Shown one piece after another: positions 9,652 through 20,167 of a stretch of 64,000 nt of DNA; position 1 is the stretch's first letter; each line of letters begins with the position of its first letter. Location: assembly GCA_000004985.1 (NCBI GenBank), contig GG738887.1; one strand, written 5' to 3'. Source of the stretch: Naegleria gruberi (Eukaryota). Under the pieces are notes generated by a model. That model saw only the letters and a list, made by a program, of their open reading frames with translations, searched no databases and was not told the origin of the DNA. A program made the translations under genes and the position numbers.

Positions 9652-12238
9652 TTACAAACATGAACATTTCTTAGATTCCTCTGGAATCACTGGAAATGGT
9701 TGGAAATAGAGAGAATTAACTTGTTCTTGAGAGAGTTGGAATGAATAACCCTCACCTGCAATAAGTTTAACATTAACTTCATTGGTTGGAGAGGAAGCAG
9801 AAAGGGAATAAAGACCAAATTTACCATTTTCAAATTCATATGAAATACCATCATCCAAATAGAGAGAACCAGAGCATGTGCCATTTCCATAGGTTTCATA
9901 AACTATTGGGGATGTGAAATTGTCATAGACTGACTGTTTGCTTTCAGCTCTCATTGGAATAATAGAACCAGACTTGACAAGCATAACCATCTTGGAGAGA
10001 GTAATGTCAGTAAATTCTACGACTTGGCCTCCTTCATAGTGGGTTTTGTTGGTAAAATCAAACCATCCTCCTTCATGGTTTGGCAAGTAGACTCTTCTAC
10101 TTGTTGATTGACTTTGTAAAATAGGAGCTATCAAAATGGAATCACCAAACAATAATTGAGTATTTTCAAATTCTTCATTGTAGCATTCCTTTTCATGTGG
10201 GAAGTCCAACCATATTGGTCTAAGGAGTGGTTGATATGATTGTTTCTTATCGGTGGAGCGTTGAATTTGAGTGTAAATGTATGGAATCAATCGGTAACGA
10301 AGTTTGATAAAGTGTTGACATGCCTTTTCGCATTCCAAACCAAAGGCCCAAGGATTTTGCTCTAAAGTGTCCTTCATAGAGTGGCTTCTAAAGAATGGAT
10401 AGCAAACTGCCGCCATTCCAATCCATCTTGCATAAAGCTCTGGATTACAATCAGAAACGAAACCTCCAACGTCAGCTCCAACCATAACTTGACCTACAAG
10501 GGACATGTTCAAAAGCATGGCAATACTCAATTTCATATCCTCAAATGTAGAATTGTTATCTCCTGTCCAAGACCAGGCATACTTTTGAATGCCACTGTAT
10601 CCACTTCTTGTCAATAAGAATGGTCTGGTATTTGGTTGTAATCTTCTCAAACCTTCATGAGAAGCACGAGCCATTAAATGTCCATAAGCATTGTGAACAA
10701 ATCTGTGGGCTAGTTTGATTGTCTTGCCACTTTTTTGGGATAATTCATGTTCCACTGCCAATGTAAATGTCTTGGATGTTCCATCATTGAATACAGCTGG
10801 TTCATTCCTATGAATTTAAATTTGTTAACAAAAGGGAGTAATTAAAACTTACATATCATTCCAAAATGCCTGAATTCCATTATCCATCAAATTTTGGTAA
10901 TACTTTCCCCACCACAATCTCACTCTTTCATTGTAGTAATCTGGAAATTCACATCTATTAGGCCAAACTCTTTCCACATATTCCTCACCAGAAAGTTTAC
11001 ACCAGACATTTTCTTCAGAACCTTCTTTATAGACCTTATATGCCATTGGATTGTTTTCTGCCTTGCTGATACCTGGATCAATAATAGAAACGAAACGTTG
11101 TCTATTATTGAGCAGTAAATGATTTGCCAGTCCAATAGGATTTGGGAATTCAGTTTTGGAAATTGTAAAACACTCAAAATTATTCATATAATCAATGTCC
11201 AAATAAAAAACATCACATGGAACATCATGTTGAATGAATCCATCACTAATTTCTCTGACCTTTGATTCTGGATAGTAGCTCCATCTACATTGTTGGAAAC
11301 CGAGAGCGTACTGTGGTGGGAGAGAAGTTCTTCCCGTCAATTCATCAGTGAAGGACTGAACGAGAGCAAGTGGGCTTTCTCCGACTATTAAATAAACTGG
11401 AAGTGCACCATATCTTTCAACTGAAATCTTGATATTTTCAGAGGTGGTAAGATCCCACTCTTGCTTGCTAGTAGCATCAACAAAGATTGCATGACTCAAT
11501 TGTTGAGAATTTCCAGAGCAAAACATCAAGAATGGACATGATTGATACAATGGATCAGAATTGAATGAATATCCAAAGTGATCGTAGTTCCAAAACTTCC
11601 ACTTTCTTCCATCCTTTGACAAATTTCCAGACTTTTCTCCAAACCCATAACATTTGGTATGTTCTTGTGAAAATTCAATTAAAGTTTCATAACATTCTTG
11701 ATCTTCCCATGTATATGATGAATCTTCCTTGAAATATTTGGAGGTAGGATTCAGATTTTGAACTGGAATTTTATGAGTTTCATGTTTATGAGTGAGTTTG
11801 AAACCTCTCTGTAACACATGATCATCACTCACCTGAATTAAATCAAATGTAAAGTTTTCATAAACTCTCAAAAGGGTCTTTCCATTAGAACTAGACAAAT
11901 CCCATGAATGTTGATCATCATTTTGAACAATAGACAGTACGAGTGCTTGTTCAATCAAGTTAGTTTCATGCTCAACAGCAAATGATTCCAAAGTTTCATG
12001 ACTATTAGTTGTTAATAATAGTTTTGTTAAATAGTAAATATTAGAAATTTAGTTATGATAATCGTTGATATGGTGGTTAAAAGACTCACCTTTCCTTCGG
12101 ATCAGAGATGTCCAATCTCCACATATGATCGGAAAGAGCTCTAACACTGATTTTTACCTCTGGGTGAGAATCCACTGAAGAAAGAATAGCAACACGGCCT
12201 TCATCAACACTTTCACATTTGATTTTGTTTGCTGACAT
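9652..12238 (-). CDS. glycoside hydrolase family 31 alpha-glucosidase (neutral/glucosidase-II-alpha-like), 3 exons
   Basis: exons 12238..12090, 12001..10853, 10807..9652 (introns 88 and 45 nt, GTGAGT/GTAAGT...AG); the second splice rebuilds the GH31 catalytic motif 'FWNDM|NEPAVFN'; 'GADVGGF' downstream; no signal peptide seen. Confidence 0.8.
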
Positions 12239-12271
12239 TTTTTTGATTGTGTCATGTTGTAATCACCAGCT

Positions 12272-13186
12272 CTAAAAGGTATCGAAAAAATCATAATCAT
12301 CCAAATCCATTTCCCATTCATTAGTAGTACTATCCACACAGACATCCAAAGGAAAATCATACTGCATAATAATAAGTTTCGGAAAGTGGTTAAAGAGACT
12401 TCTAACATCATCGAATGTAACATCATTTCCAATCAAGGTAAGTGATATCAGTGAGTGAGCAAAGAGACCCTTTGAAAGTTTTAACACTCCCTGATTACTC
12501 ACAGAATTGAATCCAAGATCTAAATCTTCCAAATTTGAAAAATTAGTGTGAGCTAAATAAGTTGCACCTTCATCTGAAATATTATTGAAATTAAGATTGA
12601 GTTTTTTCAAATTCCAAAACTTTCTATTCATACACAAACATTTCACAACAGAATCTCCCAACCTATTTCTACTCACATTCAAATTCTTCAATTCTGACCC
12701 TTTGAATCCATTCAGAAAGTTTTCTAATACCTTACCAGTACAATCATTATATGACAAATCCAAATCTACCAATTTCTCTAAACTTATCAATGTTTCAAGA
12801 CCTCTATCTCTCATTGTACAATCATGCAATTTTAAGCTAGTTAATCCTTTCAAATAAGCTATAACCTTACAGCCTTCTGAATCAACATTTTGGTTACTCA
12901 AAGCCAAAATACGCAGAGATGAAAAGGCAGCTAATTGCTTAAAGCCTTCGGAGGAGATACTAGAATCTCTAAGTTTGAGTGATTGTATTCTAGGAAATTG
13001 AGTCATCTTCTTCAGATCCTTATCAATGACAAATTCAATAGGGAAGGAGAAGAAGAAGATTGCTCCTCGTACCATTTGATTCCATCTTTTACAAATTAAA
13101 TAACATTTACTAACGAGAATGTATCCGTCCAAATAGGAAAATATATGTTCGGTGAAAATTTCGTCAGGAAGGCTTTGTATTTCCAT
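12272..13186 (-). CDS. F-box / leucine-rich-repeat (RNI-like) protein
   Basis: N-terminal F-box 'LPDEIFTEHIFSYLDGYILVSKCYLICKRWNQMV'; then repeated LxxLxLxxN LRR units; the stop lies only 34 bp upstream of the GH31 ATG. Confidence 0.65.
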   Translation of the reverse strand: MEIQSLPDEIFTEHIFSYLDGYILVSKCYLICKRWNQMVRGAIFFFSFPIEFVIDKDLKKMTQFPRIQSLKLRDSSISSEGFKQLAAFSSLRILALSNQNVDSEGCKVIAYLKGLTSLKLHDCTMRDRGLETLISLEKLVDLDLSYNDCTGKVLENFLNGFKGSELKNLNVSRNRLGDSVVKCLCMNRKFWNLKKLNLNFNNISDEGATYLAHTNFSNLEDLDLGFNSVSNQGVLKLSKGLFAHSLISLTLIGNDVTFDDVRSLFNHFPKLIIMQYDFPLDVCVDSTTNEWEMDLDDYDFFDTF

Positions 13187-13272
13187 TTTTTTTAAATATT
13201 AATAAAATTACATATTTAAACAATTATACGTAATAGTTAATATTAAATATATTAAAAACACAATTAAAAAAA

Positions 13273-14689
13273 ATGTCGAAACAAGGTGGAATGACACGAT
13301 CTTCCCTCCAACAACAAGGAAATAGAACCAAAAAATCTAAAAAACCAATCAAGAAAGAATCCATCTCCGATCTTAGAAAGAACATTCTCGGATCAAAATA
13401 TGACGATGAAGAAGAAGATTTATCCAGTGGTGCTGCTGATTTCTTCAACGTCTTTTCTCCTATTGAAGCACAGGCTGCCTCTCATAACGTAAAGAAAACA
13501 ATTAGGAATAATCAATCACCACTTTCATCGGCTAATCGTCGAGTCACTAAACATGACAGTGATGATGAATCTTATTTGAAAATTAGACAAGACAGGGATT
13601 TAGTTCCAGTCACTTATGAACCTGTGGTTAAGAGGGATTTAAGTAAATTATTTGGAAAAATTAGGATAAAAGAGGAGGAAAGAAGGAGAATGGAGGAACA
13701 AGAAAACTTTTTCTTCACTGATGATTCTACTTTGCAAAATAATGCAGAGGATGAAAATCTATTGAGTACTAATCATGGTGATATTGAAATGCCAGAGAAG
13801 ACGGAAGAGGATGAGTGGGTTGACTTGTTGGAATATTGTAAAAAACAACTATCGGATATTAAAGTTGGTGTTTTCAAACTCAAGTCACTCCATCAACAAC
13901 ATGTAAAATTCACTGTACAAAAGAATTTCCAAGCAGAGGAACAGGAAATTAAAATTCAAACAGACTATGTAAAACAATTAATTGCCCAATCAAAGAAGAG
14001 TATTGATAAATTTGACTCGTATGCAAAAGTGGCTAGACGTAGGAAAAAGACACAATTCGAAACGCTTGTAAATAATGCTAAAAAATCACTACTCACTGAT
14101 TTGAGTAATTTATCTACTGACTTACAGCATGAACAAAGATCATTTTTGGATAAGCTTACCCAACTAAAAACTAAACGAAAAGAGCTACAAAGAATACATC
14201 AAAATGAACAAGTTGAGGAATTTTCTAAAGAGGAATTGGAGAGAATGGAAGCAATAGAGCAAAGATTTTACGAACCTAATGTATCAGAGGAGCAAATGCA
14301 TGATTTAATGTTGAGAGAACGTGAAATTATCAAAAGAGATCAGGAATTGAGGTTTGTTTCAAATATTTGTAATATAATTCTTCTAACTTTATAACAGAGA
14401 GGTTCTTCAATCCATTGTAGAGTTGCATGAAATGTTTCAACAAATATCATCACTCATTATTGAACAAGGAAGTCTTCTCGATAGAGTTGACCACAATATT
14501 GAACTCACTTTCGAGAATGTCAAATCTGGAACAGACAATCTCATTATTGCAGAAAGAGCACAATCTCAAGGTGGAGGATGTATGGTATGCCTCATTATTG
14601 GTCTATCTTGTGTAGTTGTTTTTCTTTCCTTCCTTCTCATCATCAAATTAAGGTTTGTTTCATGTAGTAATCTAACTATTCATATTTAA
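13273..14689 (+). CDS. syntaxin-type t-SNARE (Qa-SNARE, syntaxin-16/Tlg2-like) with a C-terminal TM anchor
   Basis: exons 13273..14351 and 14398..14689 (46-nt GTTTGT...AG intron); the SNARE motif 'IIKRDQELR|EVLQSIVELHEMFQQISSLIIEQGSLLDRVDHNIE...AERAQ' spans the junction; TM 'CLIIGLSCVVVFLSFLLIIKL'; a further 46-nt intron 14653..14698 is possible. Confidence 0.7.
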
Positions 14690-14717
14690 CAATCTATAGT
14701 CTTTTGAGAATATAATT

Positions 14718-16379
14718 CTACTGATGATTTTGTATAAAATATCTATTGTAGATTGATTTTAACTTTTCTAGAGCATTTTCAGCATCCTCTGAAGAACTAG
14801 AATAGGAAGAGCTTGAATAATGCTCTGGAGAGGAAGGATTTGATCTATCATTAGGGTTAATATATTGATATAAGGTTTTTGGAGATTGTGAGTTCACTTG
14901 GATGGCTTGGTTGGTGTAGGAAGGAGCTTCTTGAATTTTAAACCTTTCCTTCTCAGTTATTGTTGGTTGCTCTGCTTGGAGATTTTCAGTGGCATGTCCT
15001 TTTGAATTTTTAAGGTAAACTTCAACTTTTTCAATCTTATTTGTTGCACCAATAATTTTGAAAGCAATCTCATCATCTCCACCTAGTGTGGTTAAACTAT
15101 CATCAAGTTGTTGAGCCTCCTCTGATATTAGTGGTTTTGATTGCACATTTTCAATAATCATACTTGTCTGACAAGATTTTGTTTCCACATCTCTTTGTGC
15201 ACTATAATAATTAGGAGCATTAATAATTATTTCCTCAAAGCTAGTACTACCACTACTGCTGGTCAATAAGGATGAGCTCAAGTTTGGAGAAGGCTCAAGA
15301 GGAGTTCCGGGTAATGAAATACTTTCATCTTCCTCACAAGGAACTTCAACAATTTCTAGTGCTTTTGGTAGGACAATTTTGTGTTTCATTGAGCTAGTAG
15401 TAGTATTGGATGAGGAAGGAAGTTTTGAAGTGGAAGAGCTTCTTTTTGGTTTAGGAGTTGCCAGTGGAGTTGATTTTTTAGTTTCTACTGTTTTTGAGAT
15501 TAGTTTTGGAGTGGGAGTTGTAGCACGCTTTGGCGTGATTGTCTTTTTTAATGATTTCTTCTCCTCCACTGTAGTAGATGATGAGATCGACTTGGTAGAA
15601 GATTTTAATGTTGATACCTTAACTGATTGAGGTCTTGGTTTCTTAGTACTTGAAGGTGGGATGGTAGTCTTTTTGTTGGATGTTTTTTTTGATTTTTTAA
15701 CTTTTGGCTTGATGTTTTCCTTATTACTTTCTAATGAGGTGAAAGAAATATCCAAATTATTTCTTCTTCTCGTAGGTGATCCATAATTATTAAACAAGTA
15801 CTTGTCAGAATAGTGCTCAAGCTTTCCGTACAATTCATCCGAGTTTGTGGTCATGGTAGATTCAGAACACAATGAGAGAAGATCATCAATAGTTCTTTGA
15901 TTTTCATCAGCAACAGGTGCAATCGAGGAGATTGATGTATCCAAATATTTAGTTTGTTGACTCCTTGAATTGTTACTATTAACAGAGTCTTCGAACGAAG
16001 AATCTGATAATTGCCTCGTTGGTTTGCATTTGTACTTGTCTATATAATTCTTTAAAAGATCGAGAGTTGAATCCAAGTCACTCAGATGTGTTGTCGACTT
16101 GCTTGGAAGAGTTCCACATTTCGGCTGTGTAGATTGCTTAACACTCAAAGGACTCAGGCTACTGTCATCCGATACACTAAGATTTTTAACAGCAAAGGAG
16201 TGTAACTCTTTGGAAATCATATTCATCTCCTCCCATCTAGAAGATACTGAGGATGTACAAGAAGCTATTGATGAATTAAGGCTCTCTCTATTACCAACAC
16301 CAATAATAGACAACGATGATGAACATGTTGATGATGGAGAGTAAGAACCAAGCCTAGATTGTTGAATGCATTTACTCAT
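14718..16379 (-). CDS. Ser/Thr/Lys-rich low-complexity protein of unknown function
   Basis: long ORF; the likely true ATG at 16379..16377 (MSKCIQQ...) replaces the alternative-start ORF beginning at 16433; S/T/K/P-rich (TPKxxTTP, SSS tracts). Confidence 0.4.
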   Translation of the reverse strand: MSKCIQQSRLGSYSPSSTCSSSLSIIGVGNRESLNSSIASCTSSVSSRWEEMNMISKELHSFAVKNLSVSDDSSLSPLSVKQSTQPKCGTLPSKSTTHLSDLDSTLDLLKNYIDKYKCKPTRQLSDSSFEDSVNSNNSRSQQTKYLDTSISSIAPVADENQRTIDDLLSLCSESTMTTNSDELYGKLEHYSDKYLFNNYGSPTRRRNNLDISFTSLESNKENIKPKVKKSKKTSNKKTTIPPSSTKKPRPQSVKVSTLKSSTKSISSSTTVEEKKSLKKTITPKRATTPTPKLISKTVETKKSTPLATPKPKRSSSTSKLPSSSNTTTSSMKHKIVLPKALEIVEVPCEEDESISLPGTPLEPSPNLSSSLLTSSSGSTSFEEIIINAPNYYSAQRDVETKSCQTSMIIENVQSKPLISEEAQQLDDSLTTLGGDDEIAFKIIGATNKIEKVEVYLKNSKGHATENLQAEQPTITEKERFKIQEAPSYTNQAIQVNSQSPKTLYQYINPNDRSNPSSPEHYSSSSYSSSSEDAENALEKLKSIYNRYFIQNHQ

Positions 16380-16637
16380 TTTTTTAAATTTGAATATTAA
16401 AAATTGGCGCCAACCAACAGTCACTTGCCTCAATCCATTGACTCTTGATAATGCGTGGTGGATCGCACTCTATTAAAGCTATTTCAAAATATCAATAACA
16501 ATTAATTAGGCAATTTGAAGTAACTACAACTTTCTGCTTATTTTGAAAATTGTAAAATCATCTTGTTTTCCTCTCCTTGCTTGAATTTCCAGTTATCTAC
16601 TTTCTCTCGTAAAATTCAAGTAAAAAAAATCGCAAAG

Positions 16638-19600
16638 ATGTCTGAAAAGCCTGTTGTTGGAGACTATAGCGTCGAGTATTCCAAGTCGAACCGATCAACA
16701 TGTAAATTAACCAACAAAACCATCAAGAAGGACGCGCTTCGTATTGGTAAAATTGTACAGTCGCAATCTTTTGATGGTACCTATCCGATATGGTACAATT
16801 TCGAAGGTAGGTTTTTAACTTGGTGATGATCATCAACATGTTATAATTGTTGCTTTTTTGATCGTACAATATCTTGTTTGGATCACTCTTTATTGCTTTT
16901 ATGTATGATGATATTTGTGTGAATACCTATGTTGTATTATCTTTTATCTTGTGTGGAAAATTAAATCATTTGATGATGATGAATGTGGACGAAACAATCA
17001 CCGATACAGATTGGGCAAAGGATAAGAAACTTGTTAAAGAATTCCAAACAAAATGCAAGAAGGTTCATGGTTTGTCCAAGATTCGTCTCGAAGATCAAGA
17101 ACGTATCAAGAAATTGATGGGACAATCAAGTGATGATGCTAATGGTGCTAGTGATGATAATCTCTCCGAAGAACAAAAGCAAAAGAAGAAGGAATTTGAA
17201 GAGGAAAACAAAAAGATTTGGGAAATTAAAGACAAACTTAAGAAGTTAAAGTCTTTACCATTACTGAGATCAATGCTCTCAGAGAATGATCAAATTGAAA
17301 AGGGAGGTGAAGATTTATTAATTGATAGATGTGCTCTTGGATTATTGTTTGGTAACTTGCCTGCTTGTCCAAATGATGAATGTGAAGATGGATATATGAC
17401 CTTCGCAGGTGGTGTATTTAAATGTAAGTAGTTTTTCACCATTTTCAAAATGTGGTGTTAAAATATCAAATTCTAATACATGTTATCTTCAGGTCATGGT
17501 AAATTACCTTGGGCAAAGTGTGACTACACATTATCTGTTGATGATGCATATGAAAAGGCAAAAGACTGGATTATTCCAGATGATATTGCCGAATCTAAAC
17601 AATTTGAAGATTTTGAATTTAAAAAACACAAAAAATGTAACTTTGCTTTGGATACAACTGTTCGTGCACCTGTTGCCTCTTCAAGTGAAGAAAAGAAAGA
17701 GGAAGAAGAGGAAAAGGAAGAAATTGATCCAGAAAAGGAAAAATTACCACTTGGTAATTTCAAGATTGCTTGCTCTGGTAAATTGAGTATGAAACAAAGT
17801 GAATTGCAAGAAATTATTGAAGAAAATGGTGCTACATTCTTGAAAGATGTTTCAAGTGGTTGTACTCACTTGGTTTGCTCAGAAAGTGAATATGATAAGG
17901 AAACAACCAAAGTTAAAAAAGCCAAGAAACAAGGCGTTTTAATTGTTGATGAAGATTGGATTCACATGTCTGTTGAGAAGGAAAGAAAATTGACAGAAGA
18001 TGAAACAAAGGAATATGTACATTACAATCCTCAAGATAAAAAGAGAAAAAAGGAAGAAACTGAAGAAGAAGAAGGTGAAGGACAAGCAGTTCCAAAGAAG
18101 AAGAAGGTAACCATTAAAGGAAGAGCTGCAGTTGATGAAGATTGTGAAGATGCTGATGTTTTACATGTCTATGAAAAGGGTGATGATATTTACTCTGTAC
18201 ATTTGAACTTGACAGATTTATCTACTGGTGCTAATTCTTACTATGTTGTTCAACTTTTGGAACATGATACTAGAAAGAATTATTATGTATTTAGAAAATG
18301 GGGTAGATTGAATACAAATATTGGTTCAAACAAACTCACTGAATATGGATCTGATTTATCATCTGCCAAATCAGAATTTGAAAATACTTATTATGACAAG
18401 ACTGGTAATTATTGGTATGATAGACACAATTTCCAAAAGAGACCTGGTAAATTCTTACCAATTGATGTTGACTATGGTTCAGATGAAACTGATTTGGATA
18501 AGTTACAATCAGAAATGAAGAAGGATTATAAGGGTAAATTGCATCCAGAAATTGCCAACTTGGTCAAATTAATCTTTGACGTTCAAACAATGAAGCAAAC
18601 ATTGAAAGAAATTGAAATTGATACTGAAAAGTTACCTCTTGGTAAATTGAAAAAGTCACACATTTCAAAGGGTTATGAAGTGTTAACAGAAATTCAAAAT
18701 CTCATTAAGAGTGTTCGTGAAAAGGAGAAGGAAGCAGGTGTATTTATGGAAGATGATCCACCAGCAACATCTTCAGTTGATACAACCACAACTGCCACTC
18801 CTTCATCATCAGTTGATGCCACTTCTGCTCCAGTTGATAGTTCAAGTGCTACTCCTTCTGCAACTCCTTCATCATCAGCTGATGTCGCTTCAAGTGCACC
18901 TGCTGCTGTTGTTGAAAAACCTAAGAAACCTAAAACTTCAATTCATCAACAATTCAAACAACAATTCCTCACCCTCTCCAACAAGTTCTATACCATCATT
19001 CCAACTTCAAATCCAGAAATCATTGATGATGAAGATGCTTTGAGTGCAAAGGTTAAGATGATTGAAGCTTTACAAGAAATGGAAATTGCCACCTCACTCT
19101 TGAAGAAGGATGACGAAAGTGAAGAAGATCCATTAGATGGATACTATAAGAAGTTAAAGACTCACCTCGAACCACTCGGCAAGGATAGTGACATGTTCAA
19201 GATGGTTGACACTTATTTGCAAAATACTCACGCCTCTACCCATCGTGAATTCTCACTTGAATTATTGGATGCCTTTGAAGTTGACCGTGAAGGAGAAGGT
19301 GAAAGATTTAAGAAGTATGAGGATTTACACAATCGTAGATTATTGTGGCACGGAAGTAGAGTTTCAAACTTTTGTGGTATCCTTTCTCAAGGTTTGAGAA
19401 TTGCTCCTCCAGAAGCTCCAGTTACAGGGTAAGTCAACTTCGTTCAATATTCTTTTTTAACAATTTTTCTATCCATATTTGTTGTAACTATGTAACATTT
19501 TTATTATTTCAATTTTATAGTTATATGTGTAAGTAGTTTAATTATTTCACTCATTTGTTTAAAACTAAATTGTTAACAGTTGGTAAGGGTATTTACTTTG

Positions 19601-19962
19601 CTGACATGTCTTCCAAGTCTGCCAATTATTGTCGTACTAGTCCAGATCAAAGTACTGGTATTTTACTTTTGTGTGATGTTGCTTGTGGTAATTTATATGA
19701 ACGTTTACAAGCTGACTATATTGAAAAGTTGCCGCGGGGTTATCACTGTTGTTTTGGTCATGGTAGAACTGAACCAAATAATACCATGTGTCAATATATC
19801 CTTGATGGTAAGGTTATGGTGCCACTTGGTACACCATCTGCCTCATTGTTGTACAATAGACATACCTCATTGTTGTACAATGAATTTATTGTCTATGATG
19901 TTGATCAAGTCCAGATTCGTTACTTGCTCAAAGTTAAATTCAATTATGACAGACGTTATTAA
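16638..19962 (+). CDS. poly(ADP-ribose) polymerase, PARP1-like (degenerate PARP Zn finger, PADR1 zinc ribbon, BRCT, WGR, helical regulatory and catalytic domains), ≥5 exons
   Basis: exons 16638..16806, 17010..17423, 17493..19428, 19521..19528, 19580..19962; PADR1 'ALGLLFGNLPACPNDECEDGYMTFAGGVFKC|HGKLPWAKC'; BRCT; WGR 'WGRLNTNIGSNKL'; catalytic '[50 protein letters not shown]'; ends '...KFNYDRRY*'; the first intron boundary is uncertain. Confidence 0.85.
19521..19528 (+). CDS. 8-nt microexon of the PARP gene (TTATATGT) encoding the Tyr-Met of the catalytic 'TGYMFGKG' motif
   Basis: flanked by acceptor ttttatAG and donor GTAAGTag; with the 2-nt carry-over it restores ...[21 protein letters not shown], which matches PARP1 residue for residue; no direct splice gives an in-frame product. 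Confidence 0.6.
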
Positions 19963-20167
19963 ATTATTAATTTATTCATACAAGACTTTCACTATTGATC
20001 CTTAAACATTCACCAATATTTCATCCCACTAAACGACAACAACAGTACGGCTCATCATTACAAAAATTTTGGCTGGAAAATAAGCACAGCGCCTCAAGTC
20101 GTTTAATAAGAAATTGGCCAGAAAAATATTGTAGTGTTGAAAAAATTGTGCTTAATTGGATATTTAT

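Noticed and set aside
16874-17009. N-terminal part of ORF 16874..17431 (MFGSLFIAFMYDDICVNTYVV...) as a PARP exon
   Set aside because: It starts at a non-ATG codon, lies between a consensus donor and the first available AG, and cannot be reached from exon 1 by a canonical splice. It is kept only as an ambiguity (see findings) and not annotated as CDS.
17409-18095. ORFs 17409..17786(+), 17524..17763(-) and 17913..18095(-) inside the PARP gene
   Set aside because: They are alternate-frame or antisense to a well-supported PARP exon, and their translations are low complexity (K/R or S/F-rich).
19580-20005. ORF 19580..20005(+) in a second frame over the PARP catalytic exon
   Set aside because: It overlaps the frame encoding the conserved '[17 protein letters not shown]...LLYNEFIVYD' catalytic sequence; the alternate frame is hydrophobic junk.
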